Assembly (NCBI GenBank): GCA_045046875.1
Contig: JASFYY010000113.1
Location: 1-57,685 of the forward strand
Direction of reading: 5' to 3'
Source: Verrucomicrobiota bacterium
Lineage (GTDB): Bacteria > Verrucomicrobiota > Verrucomicrobiia > Verrucomicrobiales > DEV007
DNA: 57,685 nucleotides
A model generated the notes under the pieces. It worked only from the letters and a program-made list of their open reading frames with translations, made no database searches and was not told the DNA's origin. The translations under genes and the position numbers were made by a program. Positions 29,213-40,074 of the stretch are shown piece after piece. Every line of letters begins with the position of its first letter. The first letter of the stretch is position 1.

Positions 29213-30211
29213 TCAGCGCGAACCCGCCAACTTTTTCATTTCGTCATAAACCAGCGCATCATCCTCCCGCCCTTCAAACTCAAACGGCTGCTTTTGATTT
29301 TTCTCCAGGTGCATAAATCCCCACGAAGCGCCATTCTCCACGCAAAGCCGTAAAGCTTGCACCGCCGCCGCACCCAATTTCTGGTCTTCATTGCAGATGA
29401 TCGCTTTACCTGATTTTTTAAGTTCAAACAACCTCTCTGGTATATCGGTGAGCTTTGTGACATTAAAGTGAATCAGCAAAAAATCGCTGTGGGCAATCAC
29501 TTGTGGACTCAAACGCCCATCTCCAAGACCACTGGAAGAAACCAGTAACCCGGGTGTCGCCTCCCTCGCCAAATCAATCAGCGACGCCATGCCTGCATCC
29601 GATTTCAGAACCGGGTGATCAAAACCACGGATTCCGTATTCATTGGCAATTTCCAACAGCACATTTTTAAACTCCCTTTTTCTGATCCATCTTGCCACAT
29701 TCACCACTGCTTTTTTCACCGCTGTTTCATCACTGAGGATTTGATCCTGGCGTTGATAAAAACACCCCAGAATCACCACCACCCCCTGCTCATCACAGGC
29801 TTCAATGACACGCTGCACCCGTTGCATATAAGGTTTCATCAGCGACCCATCCTGCGCAAAAGCCGAATTCACCGCCCCTTCATAACCCGGCACCCCTCCC
29901 TGTAAATTCAAGGTGAAAGCCCGCACCCCCTGAGCCACGTAGCCCGGAATCGCCCGAATAAAACGTTGCGATATTTCATTCGGATCAATCTGCGGTTTTT
30001 TGCGATCTTCAAACACCGCATTGACCATGCGCACATTCATCAGCAAACCCTCGGCGGGCGTCCCCTGATAAGTAGGTTTTTTATTAATCATCCACCGCCC
30101 CTGCTGCAGCGAAACTTCTGTCTGCGCTGAAAACGGAATCTGTTCTGATCTGGAAATCCAGAGCAGCACCAGTACCACTAGAAAAACAAAAGTTATTTTT
30201 ACCGCCTTCAT
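29213..30211 (-). CDS. Putative clan GH-A-like glycoside hydrolase
   Basis: N-terminal anchor; EIANE (acid/base-like) and ICNED (nucleophile-like) motifs in an alpha/beta pattern. Confidence 0.55.
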   Translation of the reverse strand: MKAVKITFVFLVVLVLLWISRSEQIPFSAQTEVSLQQGRWMINKKPTYQGTPAEGLLMNVRMVNAVFEDRKKPQIDPNEISQRFIRAIPGYVAQGVRAFTLNLQGGVPGYEGAVNSAFAQDGSLMKPYMQRVQRVIEACDEQGVVVILGCFYQRQDQILSDETAVKKAVVNVARWIRKREFKNVLLEIANEYGIRGFDHPVLKSDAGMASLIDLAREATPGLLVSSSGLGDGRLSPQVIAHSDFLLIHFNVTKLTDIPERLFELKKSGKAIICNEDQKLGAAAVQALRLCVENGASWGFMHLEKNQKQPFEFEGREDDALVYDEMKKLAGSR

Positions 30212-31317
30212 TCTACCGCCTCCAGTAACAATTTCATCGCTTGATTAGTAGGGTTCTGCTTCCCATTCACCCACTGTTCCATTTTTGCTCCATTATAACA
30301 CACCACCATATCAAGACTCGGAATCACCCACAAAGCCCGTGGTCCGCCATGGCCAAAAGCTCCATACAGATCCAACGGAGCATCCGGGAACATCCGCTGC
30401 CCCTCTCTATCCTCTCCATTGATCCACCACAACCAACTGTAACTACCAAAGTGATCACTCTGATTATCAGGCACTTCCTCCGAACCGATCGTGCGCTGAC
30501 CAGCGATCACCTCTGCCAACTGCCCCTCACTCTGAGCAACAGACTTTGCTACCGGATCCGCCACCGCCCGGCAGGCGTATAGAGAATCAATCAAGGTTTC
30601 ATCTCCCCACTTTCCCTGATTCAAATACAATAAACCAAAACGCGCAAAATCCCTGACAGACATCGCTACCCGACCTGGCAAATGCTGCTGGCCAAACGAC
30701 AGCATCGTCGGTTCATCCTGGCAGCCCATCGGCTCCGCCAGCAATGCGCGAAACACTTTTTCATCCACCTCTTCGTAACTGGATTGATACACTTGCAAAA
30801 AAAGCGTATCCCAAAACAAAGCCATCTGCCAATCATTATAGTTAAACGCACTACCTGGTTGCTCCCCCACTTGATAACAGGATGTCTGGTTGGCCAAATG
30901 CCGCCAGGTGATCAAGCGGTCTTTATAGGACAACGCGGAATTAAGTCCCTGCAAACGAGGCTCCCATTTCACCACCTTTTCATCCAACGACGAAATACGA
31001 CCATCCTGCACCGCCTTGAACAGAAAATGAGAATAAATCGGCTTGGCCGCAGAGGCTATATCCTGACGCCTGCTGATATCACCCCAACTATAAACCAAAT
31101 AACCTTTGCGAATCACGCAGCCACGCCCTCCGACAAACTGCCTGAACGCCTTCAGACGAACTTTATCCAGTCCGATCTCACCGGGCTTTTTCTGTTGCCA
31201 ATGTTCTCCCGGGAATACGGACTCAACTGCTTCCACAGGATCCACCTGACGCTCACAGCTTATTAGCCACAGGCAAAGCAGTGAAAACCAGACCCATCGC
31301 CAGCGCACTCTATTCAC
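30208..31317 (-). CDS. Serine hydrolase, beta-lactamase class C/AmpC-like lipoprotein
   Basis: LISC lipobox, SAAK (SxxK), FNYND, DFARFGLLYL..GKW, GHGG. Confidence 0.85.
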   Translation of the reverse strand: MNRVRWRWVWFSLLCLWLISCERQVDPVEAVESVFPGEHWQQKKPGEIGLDKVRLKAFRQFVGGRGCVIRKGYLVYSWGDISRRQDIASAAKPIYSHFLFKAVQDGRISSLDEKVVKWEPRLQGLNSALSYKDRLITWRHLANQTSCYQVGEQPGSAFNYNDWQMALFWDTLFLQVYQSSYEEVDEKVFRALLAEPMGCQDEPTMLSFGQQHLPGRVAMSVRDFARFGLLYLNQGKWGDETLIDSLYACRAVADPVAKSVAQSEGQLAEVIAGQRTIGSEEVPDNQSDHFGSYSWLWWINGEDREGQRMFPDAPLDLYGAFGHGGPRALWVIPSLDMVVCYNGAKMEQWVNGKQNPTNQAMKLLLEAVE

Positions 31318-32624
31318 TTACCAATGCAATACAGATTATCGAAAGTTCGTAAAAAAATCTGCCCATCGGAAAAAGCGGGAGTTGAGTTGCTGCGTTCGTC
31401 GATAGTATTTTTCCCCACCACCTCCAGCTTTTCAGGATTGGGTTTGATCACAAAAGTGGTTCCGCCCTGATTGGTCACAAACAGATGCCCATCAGCATAA
31501 ACCATCGAGCCCCAGTGCGCTGGCCCGCCGGATCGCTCCTGCCATAGCTCCTCACCGGTTTTTGGATCAATACATTGGAAAGTATTTGGCCCGGCATTAG
31601 CCAGATACAAATAACCGTCCACCACCACCCCCGAACCAATCCGCTGCGGACTTTTCTCCACCCGCCACAGCTGATTCTTAGCCGTGACATTACCCTTACC
31701 ACCCAACTTGATACCTATACTCGGCCCACCAAAACCCGCAAAACCCACACAAACATTCCCCGCTACCAACGGCGAGGCGTAAGACAGATCCCCTTTTTTA
31801 CCGCTCAGGCCTTCACAAGTCCAAATGATATTCCCATTCTCAGGATCGTAAGCATTCACCCGGGTGGTCATGCTGCAGACGATCTGCTCCGTTCCATCCA
31901 CCGTGACCACAATCGGTGTGCTCCACGATCCCATATATTTTTTATTTTCATTTTTTTCGCCATTACCCTTTTGAGGTTCATCGGCCTGCCACAAGGTTTT
32001 TCCCGTCTCAAGGTCAATGGCCGTCACAAACACCTTCGCTCCTGGAGCCGCATGAAGGTAAATTTTACCCTTGTGCAACAATGGAGAACCGCCGTAACCC
32101 CACATGTGTTTGAACTCACCCAAATCACGTTTCCACAATTGCTTGCCCTTAAAGTCATAACAATACAAACCCGCCGAACTGTGCCAGACCACCACCTTTT
32201 CACCATCCGCCGCTGCCGTCGAGCTGCCAAAAGGATTGGTTTTGTGGGTGGCTTCCTTTTGATCATAACTCACCGATTGCTGCCACAAAGACTTGCCCGA
32301 TTTGCGGTCAAAACACAACAAACTGCGTTTTTTGCCATCCTTATCCGCACTAACCACAAACACCCGCCCATTGGAAACAATCGGACTGCCATTGCCTTTG
32401 TCCGGCAAGGCCACCTTCCATTTCACATTTTTTTCAGCATCCCAAGTGAGCGGCACCCCTTTTTCCTGGGAAACCCCATTACCCGTCGGACCACGAAACA
32501 TCGGCCAATCCTCTGCCAGCAAATTCCATTGCCCTACCACACAGAACAAACAAACAAAAATCCCCTTGCCCCAAGCGAACCCACGCAGAGGCTTCAACAC
32601 ACTTCTTTTTTCTGACGACATCAT
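31314..32624 (-). CDS. PQQ-binding-like beta-propeller protein (BamB-like, PVC family)
   Basis: DWPMFRGP, SPIV, SWSTP, STPAFSDG.IFLRT..LYCIG. Confidence 0.9.
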   Translation of the reverse strand: MMSSEKRSVLKPLRGFAWGKGIFVCLFCVVGQWNLLAEDWPMFRGPTGNGVSQEKGVPLTWDAEKNVKWKVALPDKGNGSPIVSNGRVFVVSADKDGKKRSLLCFDRKSGKSLWQQSVSYDQKEATHKTNPFGSSTAAADGEKVVVWHSSAGLYCYDFKGKQLWKRDLGEFKHMWGYGGSPLLHKGKIYLHAAPGAKVFVTAIDLETGKTLWQADEPQKGNGEKNENKKYMGSWSTPIVVTVDGTEQIVCSMTTRVNAYDPENGNIIWTCEGLSGKKGDLSYASPLVAGNVCVGFAGFGGPSIGIKLGGKGNVTAKNQLWRVEKSPQRIGSGVVVDGYLYLANAGPNTFQCIDPKTGEELWQERSGGPAHWGSMVYADGHLFVTNQGGTTFVIKPNPEKLEVVGKNTIDERSNSTPAFSDGQIFLRTFDNLYCIGK

Positions 32625-32834
32625 AGCTAAATAACTTTGCACTGAACCAATTAACCAAGGCCAAGCCCTACTGTCCAGAAATAACCATCCCTACATTCAC
32701 TTCCAGATAAAGAAAAATGAGCGACGTAGGATGAGTGTCCTCACTCGTCGAGAGCGGCCGGGGGCGAAGACAAACTCTATATTTACCCGCAAAGGCAAAG
32801 TGGCCGGTTCGAATATCAAATCCCCCCGCTAACA

Positions 32835-32977
32835 AACCCAAGGAGCCGGCTCTATGACATCCTGGGGTAGAAACCCTGGGTATCCGCATTCCCATCCGCC
32901 AAAACCCCAACGGGGCGACCCTAATAACTAATCTATTAAGCCCCCCATTCCCGCTTGCGGCGGACTGAAAAGTCCGC
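32835..32977. repeat. Degenerate REP-like palindrome cluster
   Basis: ...GAAACCCTGGGT, CCCCAACGGGG and GCGGACTGAAAAGTCCGC; layout similar to 19101-19190. Confidence 0.55.
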
Positions 32978-33009
32978 GCTCCCGGGCAAAAAAGTGTACC
33001 AAAATCCCC

Positions 33010-33414
33010 CTACTGTTGAGGACGACGGAAAATGAAAAAATTCCCGCCTTGGGTTCCTTCAACCGCCAATAACTTCCAACCGTCTTTTTGAACTTCTTCC
33101 AAAGTGCGGGGCATGATGGCTTGAATGACCACTTTTTCCCGAGGCAAAGTCATTTTGCCTTCTTCATCCGGCTCGATGCCTTCATCAGCCGCCACCGCTT
33201 TGTAGCCGATTTCATCCATTTCTTGAGCACTCATCACCTTGTAATCCCACGAGGCCGATGAAGCAGCAGAAGAAGATCCACCTCCACCCAGCACGCCGAG
33301 AGAAGCCAACAAATTGAGCACAGCCACCACCAAAACGGCGGCCAGTAATAACATAGGTCCAGATTTCATAAAATTGATCTTAAATAGTTTTTTTGAATCC
33401 CGCGTCATCATCAT
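33010..33414 (-). CDS. Small membrane-anchored hypothetical protein (DUF4177-like)
   Basis: TM helix followed by WDYKV...GWKLLAV...FIFRRP. Confidence 0.6.
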   Translation of the reverse strand: MMMTRDSKKLFKINFMKSGPMLLLAAVLVVAVLNLLASLGVLGGGGSSSAASSASWDYKVMSAQEMDEIGYKAVAADEGIEPDEEGKMTLPREKVVIQAIMPRTLEEVQKDGWKLLAVEGTQGGNFFIFRRPQQ

Positions 33415-33490
33415 TGTTGACCACGGAACGCTGATTCTTACAGGATTGCTGCTTTTTAGTAAAGAAGTTTCTCAAGAGTCCAAGCCAAAA

Positions 33491-33776
33491 GGGGTGCAGG
33501 ACAAAAAAGTTAACCATTGTTTATTGAAAGCTACCGTATCACCCCTCAACATCATTCCGCCCTTTTAGGGCTGGCAATAAAAACGATCTAACCCCACGCT
33601 TCGCACCGGGCTATCACATTTTGTCCTTACAGGACAGTTTGCTTTCATCTCTTTTGCACCAACGGTGCTCAATGAGACAGCCAGTGCGAAGCGCTGGGTA
33701 AAAAATCCAATTCTTCCAGCCCTGCATGGGCGAAACGCGCAGCTGTCAGCAGCTTAACTATTCTGTCTTGCACCCC
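33491..33776. mobile_element. MITE copy B (full length) with ~23-bp TIRs and ~9-bp flanking direct repeat
   Basis: Left GGGGTGCAGGACAAAAAAGTTAA, right TTAACTATTCTGTCTTGCACCCC (3 mismatches); CAAGCCAAA on both flanks. Confidence 0.85.
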
Positions 33777-33787
33777 CAAGCCAAAGC

Positions 33788-35827
33788 TCAATGCACCCGC
33801 TGTCCCGGAACCGCTCCTTCATCAGGCGATAACAGATAAATGTCCTCCCCACCCGGCCCCGACGCAATGACCATTCCCTCCGAAACTCCAAACTTCATTT
33901 TCCTCGGCGCGAGATTGGCCACCAGAACCACCAATCTACCCTGCAAAGCATCCACCTCGTAGGCACTCTTGATCCCGGCAAACACATTGCGGGTTTCCTC
34001 TCCTCCCAAACTGAGCGTCAACTGCACCAGCTTCCTTGCCTCCGGCACCGCTTTCGCTTCAACAATACGCGCCACCCGCAGGTCTACCTTGGCAAAATCA
34101 TCAATCGTGATTTGCTCCGCAATCGGCTCAGCCTGCAAAGCCGCAGCGCCATCCTGATAAGAATGTTTCGCCACCGGTGCCTGCTCTTCCTGCGCCTGTT
34201 CTTCACGACTCTCCTCGATCATCTTATTGATTTTTTTAGGATCGATGCGCTGCATCATATGCTCAAACTTATTCAGCTGATTACCCAGCAAAGGACTCGC
34301 CGCTTCATCCCACGAGGTGATCGGCGCATTGAGCAAATCCCCCGCCTGCTGCGCCAAACGTGGTAAAACCGGAGCCAGATACACCGCCAGTTGACGAAAC
34401 AGATTCAAAGCCACCGTGCACACCGCTTGCAGCTCGTCCGCCTTTTCTTCATCCTTGCGCAATTCCCACGGTGCATTTTCTTCCACGTAAGGATTGGCTT
34501 TGTCCGCCAATTCCATGATCAAACGCATCGCTTTGTTAAAATCTCCCGCTTCATAAGCGGCCGCAATTTTCTCCCCCTGCGCCGCGCCGGCTGCAAACAA
34601 CCCGCCATCGTCGGGGTACTCCGTCGCCAACCCGACATCCTTGACAAAACGCGCGGTGCGGCTGGCCAGGTTCACCACCTTGCCGACCAAATCCGAATTC
34701 ACCTTGCTGGCGAACTCTTCCAGATTCAGATCGAGATCATTCACCTTGCTCGACAACTTGCTGGCGTAATAATATCGCAAAGCTGCCGGATCGAGATGTT
34801 TGAGATAGGTCGATGCCTGAATAAAAGTACCACGGCTCTTGGACATTTTCTCCCCATCCACCTGCAGAAAACCATGGATATGCACCTTGGTTGGCAGAGT
34901 AAAACCAGCCGTTTTTAACATCGCCGGCCAGAACAGGGTATGAAAATATTGGATGTCCTTGCCGATAAAATGATGGATCTCAGTATCCGCACTGCGCCAC
35001 CAGTCAGCAAAATTCTCGCCATTCAAATCACACCACTTCTTAGTCGTGCCCATGTAACCAATCGGCGCATCGAACCACACATACCAGTAATTGCCCGGAC
35101 TGTCCGGAATCTCAAAACCAAAATACGGTGCCGGACGTGAAATATCCCAATCGCGCAACGGCTCGTTGAGGAAAAAATTCTTCAAATAATTGGCGCTCTC
35201 CGAAGGCAGGGTTCCCGACTGGGTCCACTCATCGAGAAAATCGTGCATCTGCTCGATCTGGACAAACAAATGCAGCGCCTTACGCACCTCGGGACAAGTG
35301 CCCGACAACGTGCTCACCGGATCAACCAGCTCAACCGGAGAATACGTTTCCCCGCAGTTGCCACAGTTATCGCCGGGTTGATTCTCCGACTGACACTTCG
35401 GACAAGTGCCACGGACAAAACGATCTGCCAAAAAAGCACCCTTCTCGACATCGAACAACTGCTCGATCTCCTTCTCCACCACCATATCCGCCTTGCGCAA
35501 AGCCGACCAAATCTCGCCGCACAGCTCCCGATTCTCCTCGCTGTTGGTGCTGCCATAAAGATCGAACTCAATCCCAAAACCAGTGAAATCCCGCACATGA
35601 TCCTGCTGCATTTCAGCAATAATCTGCTCCTCCGTGCGCCCCTCCTTCTGCGCCCGGATACTGATCGCCGTGCCATGGGTATCATCGGCACAGATGTAAA
35701 TGCAACGGTTGCCTCTCAGCTTCTGAAACCGCACCCAGATATCCGTCTGCAAATACTCGACCAAATGGCCGATATGAATATGCCCGTTGGCATAAGGCAA
35801 AGCTGAAGTAACAAGAATCTGTCGCAC
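33788..35827 (-). CDS. metG: Methionine--tRNA ligase
   Basis: HIGH, KMSKS, CPKC/CGNC zinc knuckle, C-terminal tRNA-binding domain. Confidence 0.98.
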   Translation of the reverse strand: MRQILVTSALPYANGHIHIGHLVEYLQTDIWVRFQKLRGNRCIYICADDTHGTAISIRAQKEGRTEEQIIAEMQQDHVRDFTGFGIEFDLYGSTNSEENRELCGEIWSALRKADMVVEKEIEQLFDVEKGAFLADRFVRGTCPKCQSENQPGDNCGNCGETYSPVELVDPVSTLSGTCPEVRKALHLFVQIEQMHDFLDEWTQSGTLPSESANYLKNFFLNEPLRDWDISRPAPYFGFEIPDSPGNYWYVWFDAPIGYMGTTKKWCDLNGENFADWWRSADTEIHHFIGKDIQYFHTLFWPAMLKTAGFTLPTKVHIHGFLQVDGEKMSKSRGTFIQASTYLKHLDPAALRYYYASKLSSKVNDLDLNLEEFASKVNSDLVGKVVNLASRTARFVKDVGLATEYPDDGGLFAAGAAQGEKIAAAYEAGDFNKAMRLIMELADKANPYVEENAPWELRKDEEKADELQAVCTVALNLFRQLAVYLAPVLPRLAQQAGDLLNAPITSWDEAASPLLGNQLNKFEHMMQRIDPKKINKMIEESREEQAQEEQAPVAKHSYQDGAAALQAEPIAEQITIDDFAKVDLRVARIVEAKAVPEARKLVQLTLSLGGEETRNVFAGIKSAYEVDALQGRLVVLVANLAPRKMKFGVSEGMVIASGPGGEDIYLLSPDEGAVPGQRVH

Positions 35828-35905
35828 GATCTCAAACGGTTAATAGAAAATCTCCGGAACCCATGCCCCGACCAAAACAAAAGCCCGGCACGGGTCTAAA
35901 CACGA

Positions 35906-37435
35906 CTAACTCTGGGGAGGAGCAACCCGGCTTGAGCGCTGCGGTTTGGCCTCCGCTCTCTTTTGCAAAAACCAAGCCTGATACAAAGTCCGGGAGTCCA
36001 TATAACTCAACTGCCCCTTGATCATGTCCTTGCGCTGCTGCTCTTCCGCACTCTTATAGATCACTTTTTTATCCACGTAAACCAACATCGCCCCAGTCGG
36101 TGTATTCACAATACCGCTCAGCTCTTTGATCTTCAGTCCGGTCGCCGTTTCGACGATCAAACGCGCATTTTCAGTTTCTTTAGGCGGCTCCTTGCTCGAA
36201 AACGCTTTCAGCTTCACCGTTTTGACCGCTGCTTTTTTAGCTGCCTCGGCGAAAGATTTGCCCGCAGTCAGAGCCTCGTTGATCGTTGCCTGCGCCTTGG
36301 CCGCTGCTGCTTGCAACTGCTCACCGCTTTTACGCGTCTTCAGAACTTTAACAATCGCTTCCTTCGCATCCGCCAAAGGCTGCGGCTCAGGAGCATTGAG
36401 CTCATCCAGATGCACGATGTAATAACTGCCGTCTTGTTGTTGAATCGGAGAGCTCAAGGGCTGCTCTATTTTCACTCCAAACACCGCACGCAACACATCG
36501 TTTTTATCCTCAAGCTCCTTGGGAACATCGGTCAAAGAAATGAGCCCTGTCGGCACCACTTTGAGCTGGTGTTTTTTCGCCACCTTTTTGAAATCCGCTT
36601 TGTCTGCCGCCATTTCTTCATAAACCGCAGCCACCTTTTTATTAAATTCCAAGGCGCGTTTGTTTTGCTCTGCGGCAAATTCCGCCTGCTGCTCTTTGGT
36701 TGCCCCCTCTTTCAGCTTGTCCGCCGAATTAACCATATGAACATAAGAACCACTGCGTTTTTCCTGTGACAACAGCTTCTCTTTATTCTCCTCGTAATAA
36801 GTCTCGATCTCTTTATCGGAAACTTTCAGCGCCTTCTCTTCATCCTCCCGCGAAAAAGTGACCACCGACGCATCGATGCGCTGGTAGTTGCGAGTATAAA
36901 TCTGATCAATTTCCTGCGGCGACGCTTCGATGCCCGAAGCCAGCAGTTCGTGAATCTGCTGCCAACTCAGATAGTCCTTCACCAGTTGATAAAGATCCGC
37001 ATCAGTGAAACCCAACGGCCCGGTGATATTGTTGCGAATGTACTCCTCGCCCGCCCAGGACTGAATTTTGAAAATCGGCAGGTTTGGAATCGCTTTTTTC
37101 ACCTCTTCCGCCGAAGGCTGCACTCCCAGCCTCTTGGCCTCTTCCCGCAAAATAACCAGATTTAATATATAATCAGTGCGGTCATCATCCTGACGGCCTT
37201 CACCAAAAAGCGAGCGCAGGAAATCATACATACCCAATTTTATCGCCACATCGAAACTATTGCTCAAAGCCCGGGCCTCCTTCTGTCGATAACCTTTGCC
37301 GTAAACCACGAAAGACGTATTGGCATTGCCGCCCGTGCTATCGTAATCGCTGTAAAGAAATGCGAAGGCTATGATGATGATGACGCAAACAACAATAAGA
37401 ACGCCCTTTTGAATATGTCTAATTTGGCTTAACAT
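35906..37435 (-). CDS. SurA/PpiD-like periplasmic chaperone
   Basis: N-terminal TM anchor, EAKRLGV.PS.EEV, VSDKEIETYYEENK, SFAEAAK. Confidence 0.75.
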   Translation of the reverse strand: MLSQIRHIQKGVLIVVCVIIIIAFAFLYSDYDSTGGNANTSFVVYGKGYRQKEARALSNSFDVAIKLGMYDFLRSLFGEGRQDDDRTDYILNLVILREEAKRLGVQPSAEEVKKAIPNLPIFKIQSWAGEEYIRNNITGPLGFTDADLYQLVKDYLSWQQIHELLASGIEASPQEIDQIYTRNYQRIDASVVTFSREDEEKALKVSDKEIETYYEENKEKLLSQEKRSGSYVHMVNSADKLKEGATKEQQAEFAAEQNKRALEFNKKVAAVYEEMAADKADFKKVAKKHQLKVVPTGLISLTDVPKELEDKNDVLRAVFGVKIEQPLSSPIQQQDGSYYIVHLDELNAPEPQPLADAKEAIVKVLKTRKSGEQLQAAAAKAQATINEALTAGKSFAEAAKKAAVKTVKLKAFSSKEPPKETENARLIVETATGLKIKELSGIVNTPTGAMLVYVDKKVIYKSAEEQQRKDMIKGQLSYMDSRTLYQAWFLQKRAEAKPQRSSRVAPPQS

Positions 37436-37602
37436 GGCAGATATATAAAATTTACTGAATTAAAAAAATCACAGGTTCAACAAAACACCCTGATCGGTGA
37501 TCTCTTTGTCGCCCCCTTCTTGGCAAGGGACTGGAAGGTAGGGAGAAGTGGCCACAGATTCAACGATTTTCTACTCATCTTGAAGAAAAGTGCCCTTTAC
37601 CC

Positions 37603-39978
37603 TCAACTATTGAGCACTTCTTCGATCTTGGCGTCCCGTGGCAAACCCAGATTAAGCGCTTTTTTGTAGTGTTTGTCCGCTTTTTTGCGATTTGGTTTTT
37701 CCCCGCTGGTATAGAGAATTGACAGATTAAAGTGCGCATCCGCATAGTCCGGATCGATGTCCACTGCCTTGGTGAAGGATTCTTCCGCCCGTTTCACCCA
37801 CCCCTTCTTACTGGAAATCACCCCCACACAGTTGAGCGCCTTGGCATTCTTGGGGTTGATTTGCAGCCCCTCGTCGAAGTGTTTCAACGCATCATCAAGT
37901 TTGCCTTGCTCAAAATACACCACCCCCAGTAAATAATAAGTGCGCCCATTGCCCGTTTCCAAGCTCAGAGACTTTTTCAGCAATTCCTCGGCCGCCGCGT
38001 ATTCCTTGAGCTGCAGCTTCACCGTTGCCAGATTACAAATACCTTCCACGTTTTTAGGGGCATAACTCAAAAATTTCGAATAAGCCCGTTCGGCATCCTT
38101 GTAACGTCCATGACTAAAATCAAACTGCCCCACCTTTTGCAACTGCTCCAACTCCTCCTCCAAGTCCTGCACCGACACCGCCCGTTGCTCTTCCGATCGG
38201 CCGCCTTTTTTACCACCCTCCACTATAATCGCCCCCTGCAAGGAGGCCCCGCTGTTGCTACCCATGCCTCGCACCAGATCCGCCACCTGCGGTTGACGGA
38301 ACAACTGCTTCTCGTCCTCAGTCAAACCCGGGGTGACCGAAATCACATCCAAACTCTTCAACAGCGCATCCGACTCCACCCCCAGTTCAGCCAACTGGGT
38401 CAGGATCATCTCCCTCGCCTGCTTGATCTGGGCCTGACGCCGCAACTGACGCAAAACCACTCCGCGCAACAAGCGGTTCTCTTCGACCATTTCCGGCGAA
38501 GCCGTTGCGGCTTCCGTATCCGCCCCATCTTCCGCCGCCATTTGCACCAGCCCTTTGGCACTTTGTTTCAAACGTTTTTCCAATTGCGAAATGCGCGCTT
38601 CGTGAAGCTCGTTGGCCTCCATCAGCTCCTTACGATGCTCGGCAATCTCGGCGATTTTCTCCCTCAGCATCTCCACTTCGATCTGCTTGTCCCCGTTGGA
38701 CTTGGCCAGAGTCTCCGCATAAGCCCTCGCTTCAGTGAGATCCTCACGTAGCTTGGCGTTGATCTTGGTCAAGCGTGCCACCGCCTTCGATCCATCCCCG
38801 CTGCTCTCGATGATCTCCGCCAATTGATTGCGCTCTTTCTCCAACTCGTCACGCTCGTTCTGCAAATCATTCCGGTTGCCCTTCAATAAATCATACTCCC
38901 CTTGCAGCGTAGCCAATTGCTCCCGGGTATTTTTCAACTCTCCTAAAATTGCCCGGTTCTGTTTGTTCACCTTCTCCAGCGCATCGATCGCAGCGGATAG
39001 TTGTTTTTTTAATATTACAACCTGAGCCACCGCATTATCAGCCGTTGCCTGCTCCTTTTGCAACAATTGGGAACGCCCTTTCAAATCCTGCTCGCGCCGC
39101 TGGGCTTCCGACATTTGACGCTGCAAATCCTTCTCCCTGCGCTGCGCTTCCGCCATCTGCTGCTTTAAATTCTGCAAACCCGCCTCCCTTGAGGCCACCG
39201 CATCATTCAGGCTTTTGTTCTTCGCTTCCAGTTGTTTGATCTTCTGCCCCATCTGGGTAAATTGTTGCTGAATCAACAGCGTGGGATCCGTAAAACCCGA
39301 TGCTCCCGCAACCGGTTGAGGACTCGGTGGACTCACTTGTTTTGGCTGGGGAGGACGAATCGCCGCATTGGGACGCGCGCTGCCCCGGCCATTTGATACC
39401 TGTCCATTCGGGACACCTCTCGGAATACCAGGCGCAGCGTCTTCACTGGGCATGGTATTGGCAAATTCCGGATCCCAGCTAGGCAATGCCCTGTTGGCTC
39501 CACCTTGCGGTGTAGTCGGAGCAGGCTTGGCCGCCCCTCCCGCCCCTCCATTAACCGGATTATTCGGCACCTCTCCCGTTTGCACCCCGCTCGCGCCACC
39601 TGCTTGAGGCATCGCTCCGGATGAAGCTCCTCCATTTCTTAAAAAAGTCTTCAACGAGGCAATTTTATCCCCGAGTTCCTTACGGCGGTAACGCACAATG
39701 CTTGGATGGAAATCCGGATGATCACGAGCCACCGCATCGAACAAACGTTTGGATTCGACAAACATATTCATCGCCGCCAGCGCCTTTTGCTCGCGCTCCT
39801 TCGCCTCCCCCTCCTTCATCCGCACAAAAGCGGTGTACCAAAGATCCGACGGGTCAATCTCCTGCGCTTCGACATTCGACAAAATAGAACCCGCTGCAAC
39901 AGCCCACAACAATAAGACCACCACTGAAAAAAGCGGTAGCCGTCCCGAAAACAGTTTTTTCCTGTGTTTCGTGTGCAT
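37603..39978 (-). CDS. Exported coiled-coil protein with C-terminal TPR repeats
   Basis: Signal/TM segment, Pro/Gly linker, long heptad region, TPRs (DPDYADAHFNL). Confidence 0.85.
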   Translation of the reverse strand: MHTKHRKKLFSGRLPLFSVVVLLLWAVAAGSILSNVEAQEIDPSDLWYTAFVRMKEGEAKEREQKALAAMNMFVESKRLFDAVARDHPDFHPSIVRYRRKELGDKIASLKTFLRNGGASSGAMPQAGGASGVQTGEVPNNPVNGGAGGAAKPAPTTPQGGANRALPSWDPEFANTMPSEDAAPGIPRGVPNGQVSNGRGSARPNAAIRPPQPKQVSPPSPQPVAGASGFTDPTLLIQQQFTQMGQKIKQLEAKNKSLNDAVASREAGLQNLKQQMAEAQRREKDLQRQMSEAQRREQDLKGRSQLLQKEQATADNAVAQVVILKKQLSAAIDALEKVNKQNRAILGELKNTREQLATLQGEYDLLKGNRNDLQNERDELEKERNQLAEIIESSGDGSKAVARLTKINAKLREDLTEARAYAETLAKSNGDKQIEVEMLREKIAEIAEHRKELMEANELHEARISQLEKRLKQSAKGLVQMAAEDGADTEAATASPEMVEENRLLRGVVLRQLRRQAQIKQAREMILTQLAELGVESDALLKSLDVISVTPGLTEDEKQLFRQPQVADLVRGMGSNSGASLQGAIIVEGGKKGGRSEEQRAVSVQDLEEELEQLQKVGQFDFSHGRYKDAERAYSKFLSYAPKNVEGICNLATVKLQLKEYAAAEELLKKSLSLETGNGRTYYLLGVVYFEQGKLDDALKHFDEGLQINPKNAKALNCVGVISSKKGWVKRAEESFTKAVDIDPDYADAHFNLSILYTSGEKPNRKKADKHYKKALNLGLPRDAKIEEVLNS

Positions 39979-40074
39979 TTACTGGGTCAATGGTTCCAAT
40001 TCACCTGCCTCTAGTCACGAAATTGTCACAACAAGTTCGCGATACAACTAATAAGGGTAAGTTTACCACCTTTT

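Noticed and set aside
31575..32615. Long antisense ORFs (also 19716-20555, 35963-36769, 42632-43651)
   Set aside because: Shadow frames opposite well-supported genes, with no recognisable motifs
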